A DNA stretch of 64,000 nucleotides from Methanobacteriota archaeon (GTDB taxonomy: Archaea > Thermoplasmatota > Thermoplasmata > SG8-5 > JAGLSY01). The stretch is from contig JAEHCQ010000002.1 in assembly GCA_020696385.1 (NCBI GenBank), positions 1-64,000 on the forward strand, read 5' to 3'. The position numbers were made by a program, and so were the translations under genes. How positions within the stretch are numbered: the stretch's first letter is position 1; each line of letters opens with the position of its first letter. Below the pieces are notes generated by a model. The model worked only from the letters and a program-made list of their open reading frames with translations. It searched no databases and had not been told where the DNA came from. Below, piece by piece: positions 30,183-39,961 of the stretch.

Positions 30183-30275
30183 CTAGATCTTCATTCCATC
30201 ATCCATTAATTTGCGGCAATTCTGGCAGGCTAATATCTTATCACGAAATATACTACATTCATCTACAGAGCACAT
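30183..30275 (-). CDS. Putative 30-aa Cys-rich microprotein MCSVDECSIFRDKILACQNCRKLMDDGMKI
   Basis: Minus-strand TTTATATA near 30312-30319 and purine-rich GGAGATGGGA before ATG; 4 Cys. Confidence 0.35.
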   Translation of the reverse strand: MCSVDECSIFRDKILACQNCRKLMDDGMKI

Positions 30276-30357
30276 CTATCCCATCTCCATAGGTGCATTG
30301 CAAATACAGGATATATAAATTTTGGTTTGTATAATAAAGTCTATATTATTATAAAAG

Positions 30358-30398
30358 CAGGGCTGATATATGGCTTTATTTAAGCTCATCCAGCCCTG
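30358..30398 (-). terminator. Hairpin downstream of secY (end of ribosomal operon transcript)
   Basis: cagggctg (30358-30365) / cagccctg (30391-30398) with inner gctt/aagc pairing. Confidence 0.45.
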
Positions 30399-30431
30399 TA
30401 TTATAGGCTTTAGGGAAACCTCATCGGATCA

Positions 30432-32006
30432 TCACTGATTACCGAAGAAGCCTCTCATGACAGGATGCATTTCCATCATCTGTTCTCTGCCAATTGCCTC
30501 ATAGGTCTGTATCATGATCCCTACAGCAAGCAGAACACCAGTTCCACTACTGTTACCGACAGTTCCAAGTAGATCTGCGAAAGCCGCCAGGGCTCCCACA
30601 ATAGCACCACTTAATACAGTGACAACAGGGATATACCTCTCAAGGACCTTCTTCAATATTCTTGGGTCTCGCCTGAATCCAGGTATCTGCATACCGCTTC
30701 CCTGGATCTGTTCAGCAACTGATTCTGGGCCCATATTGGTGGTATCTATCCAGAACTTGGCGAACAGCACGGAACCGAATATCATCGTACCCATGTAAGC
30801 GAATATTCTGACAACCACCTGCCACGCGGCTTTGCCTGGTGGAAGATAAGCATCATTGAACAACGGTAAGAACCAATCCGGTATTCCTTGTATGGTCGAA
30901 AGATACCACGCCAAACCTCCCGAAGGCGCTGACGCTCCCTCTAGATAATATCCAAGGGCGGGATTATGACCCAATAATGGTAAGCCCGATAGGGTTGGGT
31001 TTGACCAGAAGAGCATTGCGAACATACTGACGTTCGCAAGAACTGCCGCTATCAATATAACGGGTATATTAGATGCGTATATCAATTTTATCGGATATCT
31101 GCCTCTGGCACCTCTTGCGCTTTCATGAGCAAGTGGAAGCTCTATACGACATGATTCCGCATATGCGACGAAAAGGAATATGACTATGGTTCCAACCAAA
31201 GCGATTATCGGATTCGGTGGAGCTATTAGCAATTGCTGATAGTAGCCACTATTAGTCATGCCCGAAGCGGGGATATGTGTTAGGAAATAGATGGTCTTTG
31301 GTATAGTTCCTGCAGGTGGATTTGCGATACTGGGTGCCATCGATGTATCTATCGGTAACCAATTGAGAGTTCCCGTGAACATCTGTTGAGCCACACCAGC
31401 TGCTATGAACAAACTGATACCGCTTCCAACTCCCCATTTGGACACTGTTTCATCCATGAGGAACACAAGATAACTGCCGAAACAAAGCTGGAATATGATA
31501 ACCAGCATGGCTAATGTATTACCTTGACCCGACCAGACTCCGTCCAAACCAGATATTAGATTATCAGAAGGTACGAGATAACCATACACCTGTGGAACAG
31601 ACTCTACAACGATCATCACGATAACAAGGAGTTTCTGGAATCCCTGGTATACTGCTTTGTCCTCTTCATCGGTCAGATCGAGCTTGATGATCTTAGCACC
31701 GACAAAAAGCTGCATTATGATGGATCCAGTAACGATTGGACCAATACCCAGATGCATTAATGAACCCTGGGCTCCAGCCATGATCGTACGATAGCTCGCG
31801 AATAGATCTATGGTGTTCTCTTGATCAAGTCCATAGATCATGACATTCGTCAATATGAAGTATAGTACGAGGATCAAAACAAGCCACATCATCTTCGTTC
31901 TGAAGTGTACATGGCCTTCTGGCTGGCTCACAGCAGGTAATTTGTCTGTGATTGGTTTGAAAGCGTATAACATGCTTTTTTTGTCGTCATCTGCCATAAT
32001 GATCAC
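30432..32006 (-). CDS. secY: Preprotein translocase subunit SecY
   Basis: LGIGPIVTGSIIMQL, KWGVGSGISLFI, YPIKLIYASNIP, MQIPGFRRDPR, GTGVLL. Confidence 0.98.
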   Translation of the reverse strand: MIIMADDDKKSMLYAFKPITDKLPAVSQPEGHVHFRTKMMWLVLILVLYFILTNVMIYGLDQENTIDLFASYRTIMAGAQGSLMHLGIGPIVTGSIIMQLFVGAKIIKLDLTDEEDKAVYQGFQKLLVIVMIVVESVPQVYGYLVPSDNLISGLDGVWSGQGNTLAMLVIIFQLCFGSYLVFLMDETVSKWGVGSGISLFIAAGVAQQMFTGTLNWLPIDTSMAPSIANPPAGTIPKTIYFLTHIPASGMTNSGYYQQLLIAPPNPIIALVGTIVIFLFVAYAESCRIELPLAHESARGARGRYPIKLIYASNIPVILIAAVLANVSMFAMLFWSNPTLSGLPLLGHNPALGYYLEGASAPSGGLAWYLSTIQGIPDWFLPLFNDAYLPPGKAAWQVVVRIFAYMGTMIFGSVLFAKFWIDTTNMGPESVAEQIQGSGMQIPGFRRDPRILKKVLERYIPVVTVLSGAIVGALAAFADLLGTVGNSSGTGVLLAVGIMIQTYEAIGREQMMEMHPVMRGFFGNQ

Positions 32007-32020
32007 TGCTCTCTATATTT

Positions 32021-32467
32021 TTATTCTGTATCATCATCGTCATCGATGATCCTGACCTCGCCACCAGCTGCCTCGATCTTGCTGGTAGCTTTCTCTGTGG
32101 CCTCATCGACCAATACTACGATCTTGGCACTTACTCTTCCTGTGCCAAGTAGCTTGTCGATACCTATTTTTTGAAGGTTGATGGTGTATACACCATCTTT
32201 CAACGCAGCCTCACCGGATGCGACAAACGCATCCGCACGTTCCATCAAGTCACCCACATTAATGGTGTTTGGCCTGAGGTAAAGGCTTGGGTCCCTTCTC
32301 ATTCCATGTCGGCCGAAATAGTCTGGGTGGTATTTAACAGTAGTTATGTACTTATGTTTGTGCAGACCAGCCTGACCTCTTCCGCCTCTCTTTCCAGCTC
32401 CTCTACCGGCTTTCTTTCCTCTGCCGTGAGTCCTGCTTCCTCTGAACTTCTCGCATCTGTTCCTCAT
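32021..32467 (-). CDS. rpl15: 50S ribosomal protein uL15
   Basis: RGSRTHGRG...GGRGQAG, KLLGTG, KIEAAGG; operon position. Confidence 0.97.
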   Translation of the reverse strand: MRNRCEKFRGSRTHGRGKKAGRGAGKRGGRGQAGLHKHKYITTVKYHPDYFGRHGMRRDPSLYLRPNTINVGDLMERADAFVASGEAALKDGVYTINLQKIGIDKLLGTGRVSAKIVVLVDEATEKATSKIEAAGGEVRIIDDDDDTE

Positions 32468-33201
32468 TCAGCATCACCTTTCTTTTCTGCTGGCTTTTTA
32501 ACGGCCTTCTTTACTGGAGTTGCATCTTCCTTCTTGGCAGCCACTTTCTTTACAGGTTTGGGCTTGTCAGCTGCTGGCTTTGCCGGAGCTGCCTTTTTTG
32601 CCACTGGTTTCTTCTCATCTGCTGGCTTCTTGGCAGCTACTTTCTTCACGGCCTTGGGTTTATCAGATGCTGGTTTCTTGACTGCTGGCTTTGCTTTTGG
32701 TGCGACAGCTGCTTTCGCAGGTGCTGCTTCTGGGCCCAGCATACGGAGTATAAGATCATTGATATTATCTCCACGGTATCCCAGAGCGCCTCCAACATTG
32801 TAAGCTCTCTTGATGCCTTCATAGCCTTTTAGAGGTGGGTGAAGCCTGAACAATGGCTTTACTGCCTCAAGACTGGAGTACTTGATCTGGCCATCGACCA
32901 CGGCCTTTGAAAAGTCCAAAGGAGTTCCGAATTCGGTATTGGACTTGATATAGGCGGGGGTTATTTGAACCCCTCCTTCCAATTTTCCTCTGGTTAGGAT
33001 CATTCTGGCAAGTACCTCTGGCTTGATCTCTCCCCAGGTGACATAGTCCTTCACTTTCTGGAGCATGCCTTTGGATATTGCATCTTCATGGAGTATGATG
33101 CAATGATTCACCCTGTTCAAACGAAGAAGTTCGAGGGTACGCCTGATATCTTTTCTGATATTGATCAGGCTTCTGACCTGTATAACAGCATGAGTTGTCA
33201 T
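32464..33201 (-). CDS. rpl30: 50S ribosomal protein uL30 with ~90-aa K/A/P-rich C-terminal tail
   Basis: LRLNRVNH, KVKDYVTWGE, FRLHPP.KG, GALGYRG..IN.LI.RM. Confidence 0.96.
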   Translation of the reverse strand: MTTHAVIQVRSLINIRKDIRRTLELLRLNRVNHCIILHEDAISKGMLQKVKDYVTWGEIKPEVLARMILTRGKLEGGVQITPAYIKSNTEFGTPLDFSKAVVDGQIKYSSLEAVKPLFRLHPPLKGYEGIKRAYNVGGALGYRGDNINDLILRMLGPEAAPAKAAVAPKAKPAVKKPASDKPKAVKKVAAKKPADEKKPVAKKAAPAKPAADKPKPVKKVAAKKEDATPVKKAVKKPAEKKGDAE

Positions 33202-34094
33202 TAAGACCTCCTCCTTCTGTCATCATTTCTTGGTCCCCTTGGCGGTCTATCTCCACCCTCTGGTGTGAAATTACCACTGGCCTTCTTTGCTTCCATTTCC
33301 TTGGCCTTCTTCTTGATGAGCTCATCCTCTTTCTTCTTCTTTTCCTGGATGATATGATTGTACTCTTCAGGTGATGTGTCCAAATATATTGGCTTCACAG
33401 GTCCAGTTATTATGTGAAGGTTTTCAGCTTGCTTTGGTGTGACCTTGACCATCGTGGTGTTCTGCATAGCGTAGAAAGATGCGAAACTGTAATTGACAGT
33501 TGTCTTACTGTGGCCCTTTGACAAACCCCAGGCATCTGATATTCCAGCCAAGCGCAGGACATGCTTTGGTACATTACCAACAGCGAGGCCCACTCCCTGT
33601 GGAGCTGGCTTGAAGGTCGCTACAACGGATCCAGCCTTACCAGAAACTGCGAATGGAATTGTATGTGAATTTCCGCAACCACATTCCCATGATCCGCAAC
33701 CTCTCTTGATCTCTACGAGATTCAGCTTGGCATTGTCTATGGCCTTTCTGATGGATGGGCCAACTTCCTTACCTTTGAAACGTCCCATACCTACAAAACC
33801 ATCTCCATTACCGACAACTGCAGTTATGGCAAATCTAACACGACGTCCTGAATCGGTCATCCTCTGAACCATGTTCACATCAAGGACCTCATCGTCCATC
33901 TCGGGCAAGAGAATATCCACGATCTCGGCTTCTTTCAATACATGCCTAGATCTCAGTGCTTCGCTCATACTCGTTATCTTTCCTTCATATACGAGCTTAC
34001 CCAATGTGGTCTTTGGTATCCAGTCCAATGCTGGATTCACTTCTTCTCTTGGGGGTCTTCCTCTATTTCCAGCGGGTCTTCTTCCTCCAGGCAT
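33201..34094 (-). CDS. rps5: 30S ribosomal protein uS5 (extended termini)
   Basis: WIPKT.LG, VQRMTDSGRR, RGCGSWECGCG..HT. Confidence 0.97.
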   Translation of the reverse strand: MPGGRRPAGNRGRPPREEVNPALDWIPKTTLGKLVYEGKITSMSEALRSRHVLKEAEIVDILLPEMDDEVLDVNMVQRMTDSGRRVRFAITAVVGNGDGFVGMGRFKGKEVGPSIRKAIDNAKLNLVEIKRGCGSWECGCGNSHTIPFAVSGKAGSVVATFKPAPQGVGLAVGNVPKHVLRLAGISDAWGLSKGHSKTTVNYSFASFYAMQNTTMVKVTPKQAENLHIITGPVKPIYLDTSPEEYNHIIQEKKKKEDELIKKKAKEMEAKKASGNFTPEGGDRPPRGPRNDDRRRRS

Positions 34095-34597
34095 TATTTA
34101 CCACCTCTGATCTTATTTGATACGGATTCAAACATCTTGGAGACATCCTCACCCTTTAATTCACCATTAATCCTGTTCTCTTCTGGTATGATGCTTGGGT
34201 CATGTGATATATTGACACCTGCATCCAACAGACCCTTGAGAGCTGCATAGACTTTGCTTCCCTTTGTATGTGCATGAAGACCTATGTCCAGCACTGCTAT
34301 ATCGATCTTGTTCTCAATTGCCCTTGTACCAGCCAAAAGTCCTACCAAATAGGCGGCGGACGAATTGGATGTTGCCCTTGTCCAGCCCATCTTTTTCAGC
34401 TCTTTAGTATTAGCGGCTGCCAATACTACATCACCTTTTGGATCATAGTTTATCAATTGAACTGTGATATGTTTAGAAGATGCTCTGACGACACCTCTTG
34501 GCAGATGAGACATAAGGAGCCGCTTCCTGGCTCTGTAATCGGTCTTGCCTTCACGCCTTCTGGCGAAGTGCACTCTGTATCTCGGTCCGGTTGCCAT
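34094..34597 (-). CDS. rpl18: 50S ribosomal protein uL18
   Basis: MATGPRYRV.F.RRREGKTDY, LDIGL, KG..DAG. Confidence 0.97.
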   Translation of the reverse strand: MATGPRYRVHFARRREGKTDYRARKRLLMSHLPRGVVRASSKHITVQLINYDPKGDVVLAAANTKELKKMGWTRATSNSSAAYLVGLLAGTRAIENKIDIAVLDIGLHAHTKGSKVYAALKGLLDAGVNISHDPSIIPEENRINGELKGEDVSKMFESVSNKIRGGK

Positions 34598-35052
34598 TAT
34601 TGTTCCTCCTGTAATACACCGTGGATCTTCATCTGAGTTTCCAAGTGGGCTCTGTTCTTGAACATTCCACCCTTGGCCTGACGATAGTATTTCCTATATG
34701 TCTTGGTATCGATCTTACCCTCATCTCTCAGTTCCTTGAGTCTTGCTCTCAAGATCCTTATCTTTTTCATCCATACTTGCTTCTTTGGGGTTCTGGCACC
34801 TTTTGCACCTTTTCTGCTACCATGTCCCCTTTGCCTACCTTTTGCTTTCTGATTGGCCTGGTGCTTCTTCCTACCGGTTGAAATACCAGTCTTCTGAATT
34901 GCTTTTATGGCTCCGGCATTGATCATCACGCGTACATTGGATCTCGTAATGGCACTTGCCACATCTTCCACCCTGTTCGGGTCGATCCAGATCCTGTTCT
35001 CACCGCATTTCAGTATCTCGGCAGCCATTCTTCTCTGATTTTTCAAATGCAT
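34597..35052 (-). CDS. rpl19e: 50S ribosomal protein eL19
   Basis: QRRMAA.ILKCG..RIWIDP, GSRKG..GAR, Y..AKGG.F. Confidence 0.97.
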   Translation of the reverse strand: MHLKNQRRMAAEILKCGENRIWIDPNRVEDVASAITRSNVRVMINAGAIKAIQKTGISTGRKKHQANQKAKGRQRGHGSRKGAKGARTPKKQVWMKKIRILRARLKELRDEGKIDTKTYRKYYRQAKGGMFKNRAHLETQMKIHGVLQEEQ

Positions 35053-35053
35053 C

Positions 35054-35548
35054 TCACTGCCCCCTGTTCAATATTCTGAGGTTCAGATCTTTGGCTTTCT
35101 TTTCAATATCCCCTCTCTTTCGTGTTCCAACAGTGTGAGCTATCCTGACTGCCTGCTTCTTTGGATCCAGTTTATCCAATTCCTTTGGGTTGTGTATAAG
35201 CACATCCTCAAATCCGGATGGATGTCTGCCTCTGACAGACTTTGGACCCCTATAGCCCTTGGATGGCATATTGGGGCGGTATTTGTAATTCCTCCTCATC
35301 TTGGAGGATATACCTACAGATCTTCTCCATGAATCGCCCAGTTTCTTGTATCTGAACCATTCCTGCCTTCTGAACTTGGGTCTTTTATCATCCATGTTCG
35401 CTCTGAGGTTCATTGCCTTGATCTCTTCCTTGGAAAGCTCTGGTTTCATTTTCACTACGTAACCCACTTCTTCATCGACATCATCGACTATTTCGATCTT
35501 CTCTTCATCGACTGGGTTCTCTGCTCCTTTCTTGGATTTCTCAGGCAT
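35054..35548 (-). CDS. rpl32e: 50S ribosomal protein eL32
   Basis: P.FRRQEW.RYKKL, GYRGP..VRG.HPSG, VGTRKR. Confidence 0.96.
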   Translation of the reverse strand: MPEKSKKGAENPVDEEKIEIVDDVDEEVGYVVKMKPELSKEEIKAMNLRANMDDKRPKFRRQEWFRYKKLGDSWRRSVGISSKMRRNYKYRPNMPSKGYRGPKSVRGRHPSGFEDVLIHNPKELDKLDPKKQAVRIAHTVGTRKRGDIEKKAKDLNLRILNRGQ

Positions 35549-36090
35549 TAGATCCCTCCTTTCTGTGTGATGTAGATACCATCCTGGAATACTCTTGGAT
35601 CGTATCCTTTGATCTTTGTAGCGCTCTCGATATTGGCAGCTGTCTGGCCAACGTGTTCTTTATTGGGGCCAGTGAGAATCACTTCATCACCTTTGGAGAC
35701 GACCTTTGTGTCTCCAAGTATTTTGGCCTTACGTGGGAATTTCTCCCCTACGAAATTCTCAATAACGAATACGTCACCCTTAATACTCACCTTTACTGGG
35801 AAATGAGAGTACACTATCTTCATCTTGTATTCGAATCCAGTTGTAACTCCTGTTATCATATTCTGGATATGAGCTGCGAATGTTCCCAATAGTGCATTAT
35901 CTTTTCTTCTTGGGAATTCACATGAAATAATAACCTTATCTCCAACCACTTTTGATATTATTCTCATGTGGTCCAGGGTTCTGGATTGTTCTTTCTTCTT
36001 ACCTTTTACCGTGAAAGTACCATTATTGATGGTGACCGTGACTCCCTCTGGTATTTGAATTTCCTTTTCTGATATTCCTGATATTGGCAT
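35548..36090 (-). CDS. rpl6: 50S ribosomal protein uL6
   Basis: YSHFP, NF.GEK.PR, VGQTAANIE, DPRVFQDGIY. Confidence 0.97.
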   Translation of the reverse strand: MPISGISEKEIQIPEGVTVTINNGTFTVKGKKKEQSRTLDHMRIISKVVGDKVIISCEFPRRKDNALLGTFAAHIQNMITGVTTGFEYKMKIVYSHFPVKVSIKGDVFVIENFVGEKFPRKAKILGDTKVVSKGDEVILTGPNKEHVGQTAANIESATKIKGYDPRVFQDGIYITQKGGI

Positions 36091-36101
36091 TTCAAATCAC
36101 C

Positions 36102-36491
36102 TCAATATACATATGCGAGTAATCTACCACCGACACCCAAAGTTCTTGCCTGGGTGTGTGTGATTACACCTTCCGTCGTAGTTAGGATCAGAACACCAAA
36201 GTCCTGAGCCGGGAGGTACCTGGATTCAAAGTTCTCCAGTTCGGTCTTTCTCACGCTAAATCTTGGTTTTATAACTCCGCACTTGTTGATATTACCGTTC
36301 AAAGTTACCATGAATTGTCCGGACCTGCCATCATCAAGGTATTCGAATTCCTTGATGTAACCATTGTCCTGCATGGTCTTCAATACTCTTCCAATAAGTT
36401 TGGAAGACGGTTTCACTAGGCATTGTCTTTTACCTACTTTCTCGGCATTGTTTATCTGTGACATTGCGTCATTCAAAGGATCATGTTGCAT
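36102..36491 (-). CDS. rps8: 30S ribosomal protein uS8
   Basis: [33 protein letters not shown]. Confidence 0.97.
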   Translation of the reverse strand: MQHDPLNDAMSQINNAEKVGKRQCLVKPSSKLIGRVLKTMQDNGYIKEFEYLDDGRSGQFMVTLNGNINKCGVIKPRFSVRKTELENFESRYLPAQDFGVLILTTTEGVITHTQARTLGVGGRLLAYVY

Positions 36492-36502
36492 ACTTCTTCC
36501 TC

Positions 36503-36649
36503 CTATGAATATTTCTTAAAGCCCAGGTCTGGCGCCAGCTCCCTGAAGCACTGCCTGCAAAGCCTGATATTGTATCTGCGAATCATTCCGCGCTTTCGAC
36601 CACATCTAAGGCATCCTTCCTTCCTTCCAAAATTCTTTGTTGGCTTCAA
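36503..36649 (-). CDS. rps14: 30S ribosomal protein uS14 (48 aa, below the ORF-track cutoff)
   Basis: TTG start after GAGGTGA; [48 protein letters not shown] with CxxC..CRQC. Confidence 0.95.
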   Translation of the reverse strand: MKPTKNFGRKEGCLRCGRKRGMIRRYNIRLCRQCFRELAPDLGFKKYS

Positions 36650-37161
36650 GATATCACCTCGACCTTGAACTTGTTCTTAACAAAGTTCTTGCCTTCTTCT
36701 TGACTTATTCTCTGCTTGAGTGGTAGACGTCTTGCCTGCCTTCTTCTTATCGCTATCCTCTTTCCCTGTCTGGAAAGGGTCACCGATACGTCAAGCCCGA
36801 ATATTCCTATGTTAGGGTCGTATTTCATACCCTCGAAATCAGTATAATCGGATACGCCAAATGAGAAATTCCCTTCCTTATCGAAGGAGTAGTCAGCTAT
36901 CCTGTTCTCCTTGACCCAGAATGCTTTCTTGATGAATTCTTCGGCTTCTTCTCCACGAAGTGTCACCTTACATCCGATCGGCATTCCTTCCCTCAATCCA
37001 AGATCTTTGTTAGTGGTCCTGGATATTGTTCTGACCGATTTTCTATTGGTGAGCATTCCCATCACTTTCTCTGCCTTCATGAGCTTTTCACCACCTTCAC
37101 CAACACCCATGTTGATGACAGTTTTTTCAATTTTTATCATCCTTGATTTGCCGCTGCTCAT
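36646..37161 (-). CDS. rpl5: 50S ribosomal protein uL5
   Basis: [35 protein letters not shown]. Confidence 0.97.
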   Translation of the reverse strand: MSSGKSRMIKIEKTVINMGVGEGGEKLMKAEKVMGMLTNRKSVRTISRTTNKDLGLREGMPIGCKVTLRGEEAEEFIKKAFWVKENRIADYSFDKEGNFSFGVSDYTDFEGMKYDPNIGIFGLDVSVTLSRQGKRIAIRRRQARRLPLKQRISQEEGKNFVKNKFKVEVIS

Positions 37162-37868
37162 TCTCTCACCGCCTCTGGTATTGACATGGACTGGGTCTTC
37201 TCACCGATCATAAAGACATATGGTTTGATGGTGGAGAATCCCTCCTTGAATTTGAGAAGGTTTGGTTTTGGATTTCTTGTTTCCTCATAGCTCTCGATCT
37301 CACATAGCTGGCCAATATGACCCCCGCCTATGAGATAGACCTTGTTACCTGGTTTCATCTCAAATGAATCCAGTATTTTCTGGGAAGGAAGTTCTATCTT
37401 CAGGACAGTTCCGGTTGAGTACTTGTCCTTGTCCAATATTATGTTCCTTCCATCATGTAGATTGAGCTGGGTCTTGCCCTTCTTCAAGGTAGTCTTGTTC
37501 TCGATCCTGGAAAGCTTCCATTTGGCCTCATCTTTCGATATGCGCACTGTCTGGAACTTTCCATTATTATCGATCAACAATCTAAAATATTCCTTGGTAT
37601 CGGGGATAGATATGACATCCATAAGGCCGACCGGGATTTTGTAATTCCTTGCTGGCTGGCCATCGATCAATACCTTTCTCTCGCCTATTATCCTTCTTGC
37701 TTCACGGGATGTATCACAGCATTTGATCATATCCCTGAGAAGAACTACCATTGGAACGCTCCTCTGGATCGGGTGGGCTCCTGGGGATGCCTTAGCGATC
37801 CACACAATGCCCTTTCTTGGAACTGGGATTATAGTTGGTGTGGTCAATCTCTTCATGTGTTTGCTCAT
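37158..37868 (-). CDS. rps4e: 30S ribosomal protein eS4
   Basis: HMKRL, PGAH, GLMDVI, QLNLHDGRN, GGGHIG. Confidence 0.96.
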   Translation of the reverse strand: MSKHMKRLTTPTIIPVPRKGIVWIAKASPGAHPIQRSVPMVVLLRDMIKCCDTSREARRIIGERKVLIDGQPARNYKIPVGLMDVISIPDTKEYFRLLIDNNGKFQTVRISKDEAKWKLSRIENKTTLKKGKTQLNLHDGRNIILDKDKYSTGTVLKIELPSQKILDSFEMKPGNKVYLIGGGHIGQLCEIESYEETRNPKPNLLKFKEGFSTIKPYVFMIGEKTQSMSIPEAVRE

Positions 37869-37869
37869 T

Positions 37870-38256
37870 CTAGATCCCTCCTGCTCTGGCCTCGAATTCT
37901 TCGAGCTTGGCCTTTCTCATTGGATCGGAAAGGTTAAGTTTAACTATCTGTAGATTAGATGGATGAACCTTTTTGCTGACCTCTGATGCATCAGCTTTTT
38001 TGATATTGACGCCTTCGAGAGAAACTTTCATTTCCTTGGTGTGGATGGTCACTACCTCGACATCCTTATCTTTTATTTGGGCACTTCCGCGCATTACTCT
38101 GACTATATCGCCTTTGACGACTGGTATGTGCCTGATGCCATACTTCTCACGCAATTCCTTTGAAAGGTGGGAAGCGATGAATTTCCTCTTCTGGTGGAGA
38201 GGTGCATTGTACAGGGCTTTTCTCTGTGATCTTGCATGTTTGCTTGTTGTGCTCAT
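37870..38256 (-). CDS. rpl24: 50S ribosomal protein uL24
   Basis: QRKALYNAPLH, LSKELREKYG, KGD.V.VMRG, HPSNL. Confidence 0.96.
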   Translation of the reverse strand: MSTTSKHARSQRKALYNAPLHQKRKFIASHLSKELREKYGIRHIPVVKGDIVRVMRGSAQIKDKDVEVVTIHTKEMKVSLEGVNIKKADASEVSKKVHPSNLQIVKLNLSDPMRKAKLEEFEARAGGI

Positions 38257-38265
38257 GTAAATCCC

Positions 38266-38664
38266 TCAGACTATCGTTGAAGCTGTGGCCGCTATCCTTG
38301 GCCATCTCTCAGCTGCCTCTCTGGCTACAGGGCCCTTGATATCGGATCCCTTGGTCTCTCCTGTTTCTGTCATGATCACACAGGCATTGTCATCGAACTG
38401 GACCATTGTACCATCTGTTCTTCTGAATGGTCTTCTCTGTCTAACTATGACAGCCCTAAGTATCTGTCTTCTCATCTCTGGTGTGCCCTTCTTGACACTG
38501 ACGACAAGTATATCACCGACTCCTGCGGAGGGATAACGCCTGTGAGTACCGTGATATTTTGGAACTGCGATGATCTCGACTATCTTTGCACCGGTATTGT
38601 CGACACAGTTCAATCGAGCGCCTGTGGGGAGGCCTCTTGTTTGCTTACCTGAAATGCCCTTCAT
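38266..38664 (-). CDS. rpl14: 50S ribosomal protein uL14
   Basis: [29 protein letters not shown]. Confidence 0.97.
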   Translation of the reverse strand: MKGISGKQTRGLPTGARLNCVDNTGAKIVEIIAVPKYHGTHRRYPSAGVGDILVVSVKKGTPEMRRQILRAVIVRQRRPFRRTDGTMVQFDDNACVIMTETGETKGSDIKGPVAREAAERWPRIAATASTIV

Positions 38665-39080
38665 TTGCTCCCTCCATCAATGTTCTCGATAATGACATAC
38701 GATTTGTTCTTGCTCAAAGGCCTGCATTCCATGATCCTAACATGGTCACCGACTGTGGCCTCAAGACAAGGTGGGCTGTGAGCCATGTACTTGCCAGAGC
38801 GTTTCTCGAACCTCTCGTATTTCTCTATCTTTCTCTGAAACTCCCTTCGGACAACCGCAGAATTCTGCATCTTGTCAGAGACCACGATACCATCCAGTAT
38901 CTGTCCCCTAACACTCAATGTTCCGTGGAACGGGCAGAACTGGTCGTCGCAGGTCTTTGTCGGTAGCTTCACATCTATACCAATGTCCAGCTTCTTTTCA
39001 ACTTTCTTAGGCTTGCTGGCCTTCGTGGTGGTCTTCTTGCTCGCTGTCTTCTTTGTCGTTTTTGCTTTTGATTCAGCCAA
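38661..39080 (-). CDS. rps17: 30S ribosomal protein uS17 with K/T-rich N-terminal extension
   Basis: TTG start; C.D..CPFHG.L.VRG, KYER, AH.PPC, ECRPLSK. Confidence 0.96.
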   Translation of the reverse strand: MAESKAKTTKKTASKKTTTKASKPKKVEKKLDIGIDVKLPTKTCDDQFCPFHGTLSVRGQILDGIVVSDKMQNSAVVRREFQRKIEKYERFEKRSGKYMAHSPPCLEATVGDHVRIMECRPLSKNKSYVIIENIDGGSK

Positions 39081-39128
39081 ATTAATCCCTCCTTTGGCTA
39101 TATACTAATATATTGAATTGTAAGATCA

Positions 39129-39416
39129 TTACATCACCCTCTTCACTTTCTTGGTGCGATCCTCGGGTCGGAAGCTTATCTTGTCCCCATTCATTCTGAC
39201 ACTGCTGTTATCCAACAGGAAATCAAAATAATGGCCATGTTTAGCTATTCGGTTATCTCTGCCCAGGGTTTCGAGGACAAAGGTGTTCTTTGTCTCATCG
39301 ACTACCCGTCCCTCATATGACAATTCATCAGAATTGGCCCTGTATACCTGGACATTGAGCCCGATCAGCTCATGGTTACCGAGATTCTTTGCATTTCTCA
39401 TTCTGCATCTCTCCAT
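39129..39416 (-). CDS. rnp1: Ribonuclease P protein component 1 (Rpp29)
   Basis: HELIGL.V, G.VVDETKNT, RPEDR; canonical operon position. Confidence 0.92.
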   Translation of the reverse strand: MERCRMRNAKNLGNHELIGLNVQVYRANSDELSYEGRVVDETKNTFVLETLGRDNRIAKHGHYFDFLLDNSSVRMNGDKISFRPEDRTKKVKRVM

Positions 39417-39461
39417 TTCATTCCGAGTTGTTGAATGTGCTTCTTACAGTCGCTCATTCAA

Positions 39462-39761
39462 TCATCCCTCATCAACAGTGAAGCCCATTCCTTCGAGAGT
39501 TGCCTTCACTTTCTTTTTATGGTCGCCCTGGAGCTCGATCCTTCCTTCCTTTATGGTTCCTCCAGCCGCGCACTTCGTCTTGAGCACTCTGGCCAGGTCA
39601 TCGATATCGATGTCCCCACTGTCTATGCCTTCGACGATGGTCACGAACTTACCATATCTTCTGCGGTCTGTAAGGAGCCTGATCTGCTGTTGTTCTCTGG
39701 CTATCTCCTCGCACATGCAGAGTTCTTCTGGGAGCCCGCAGGTTGAACACACGCCAGCCAT
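39462..39761 (-). CDS. sui1: Translation initiation factor aIF1 (SUI1)
   Basis: C..CGLP.ELC.CE, RRYGK.VT, LK.KCA.GGT, IELQGDH. Confidence 0.96.
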   Translation of the reverse strand: MAGVCSTCGLPEELCMCEEIAREQQQIRLLTDRRRYGKFVTIVEGIDSGDIDIDDLARVLKTKCAAGGTIKEGRIELQGDHKKKVKATLEGMGFTVDEG

Positions 39762-39961
39762 TATTTCTTAGCCTCCCTATTTATGGTCAAGACCCTAGCG
39801 ATATTCTTCCTGATGGCCCTGATCTTTCCTGGGCTTGCTGGAGCTCCACCCATGGCAGCCACTCCTCTCTCGTGCATCAGGTCCGCCTTGAGGCGCTTTA
39901 GTCTTTCATCCCTGTCCTCTTGGCTCAATTCTCTGAGTTCACTGGTTCTAAGAAGTGCCAT
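39761..39961 (-). CDS. rpl29: 50S ribosomal protein uL29
   Basis: LR..ELR, GGAP.SPGKIR.IRK.IAR.LT. Confidence 0.95.
   Translation of the reverse strand: MALLRTSELRELSQEDRDERLKRLKADLMHERGVAAMGGAPASPGKIRAIRKNIARVLTINREAKK

Noticed and set aside
29955-30275. Amber (pyrrolysine) readthrough extending the 30-aa ORF through several TAGs
   Set aside because: TAG is a normal stop in core genes here (rps14, rpl6, rpl24), and the extended peptide has no recognisable features
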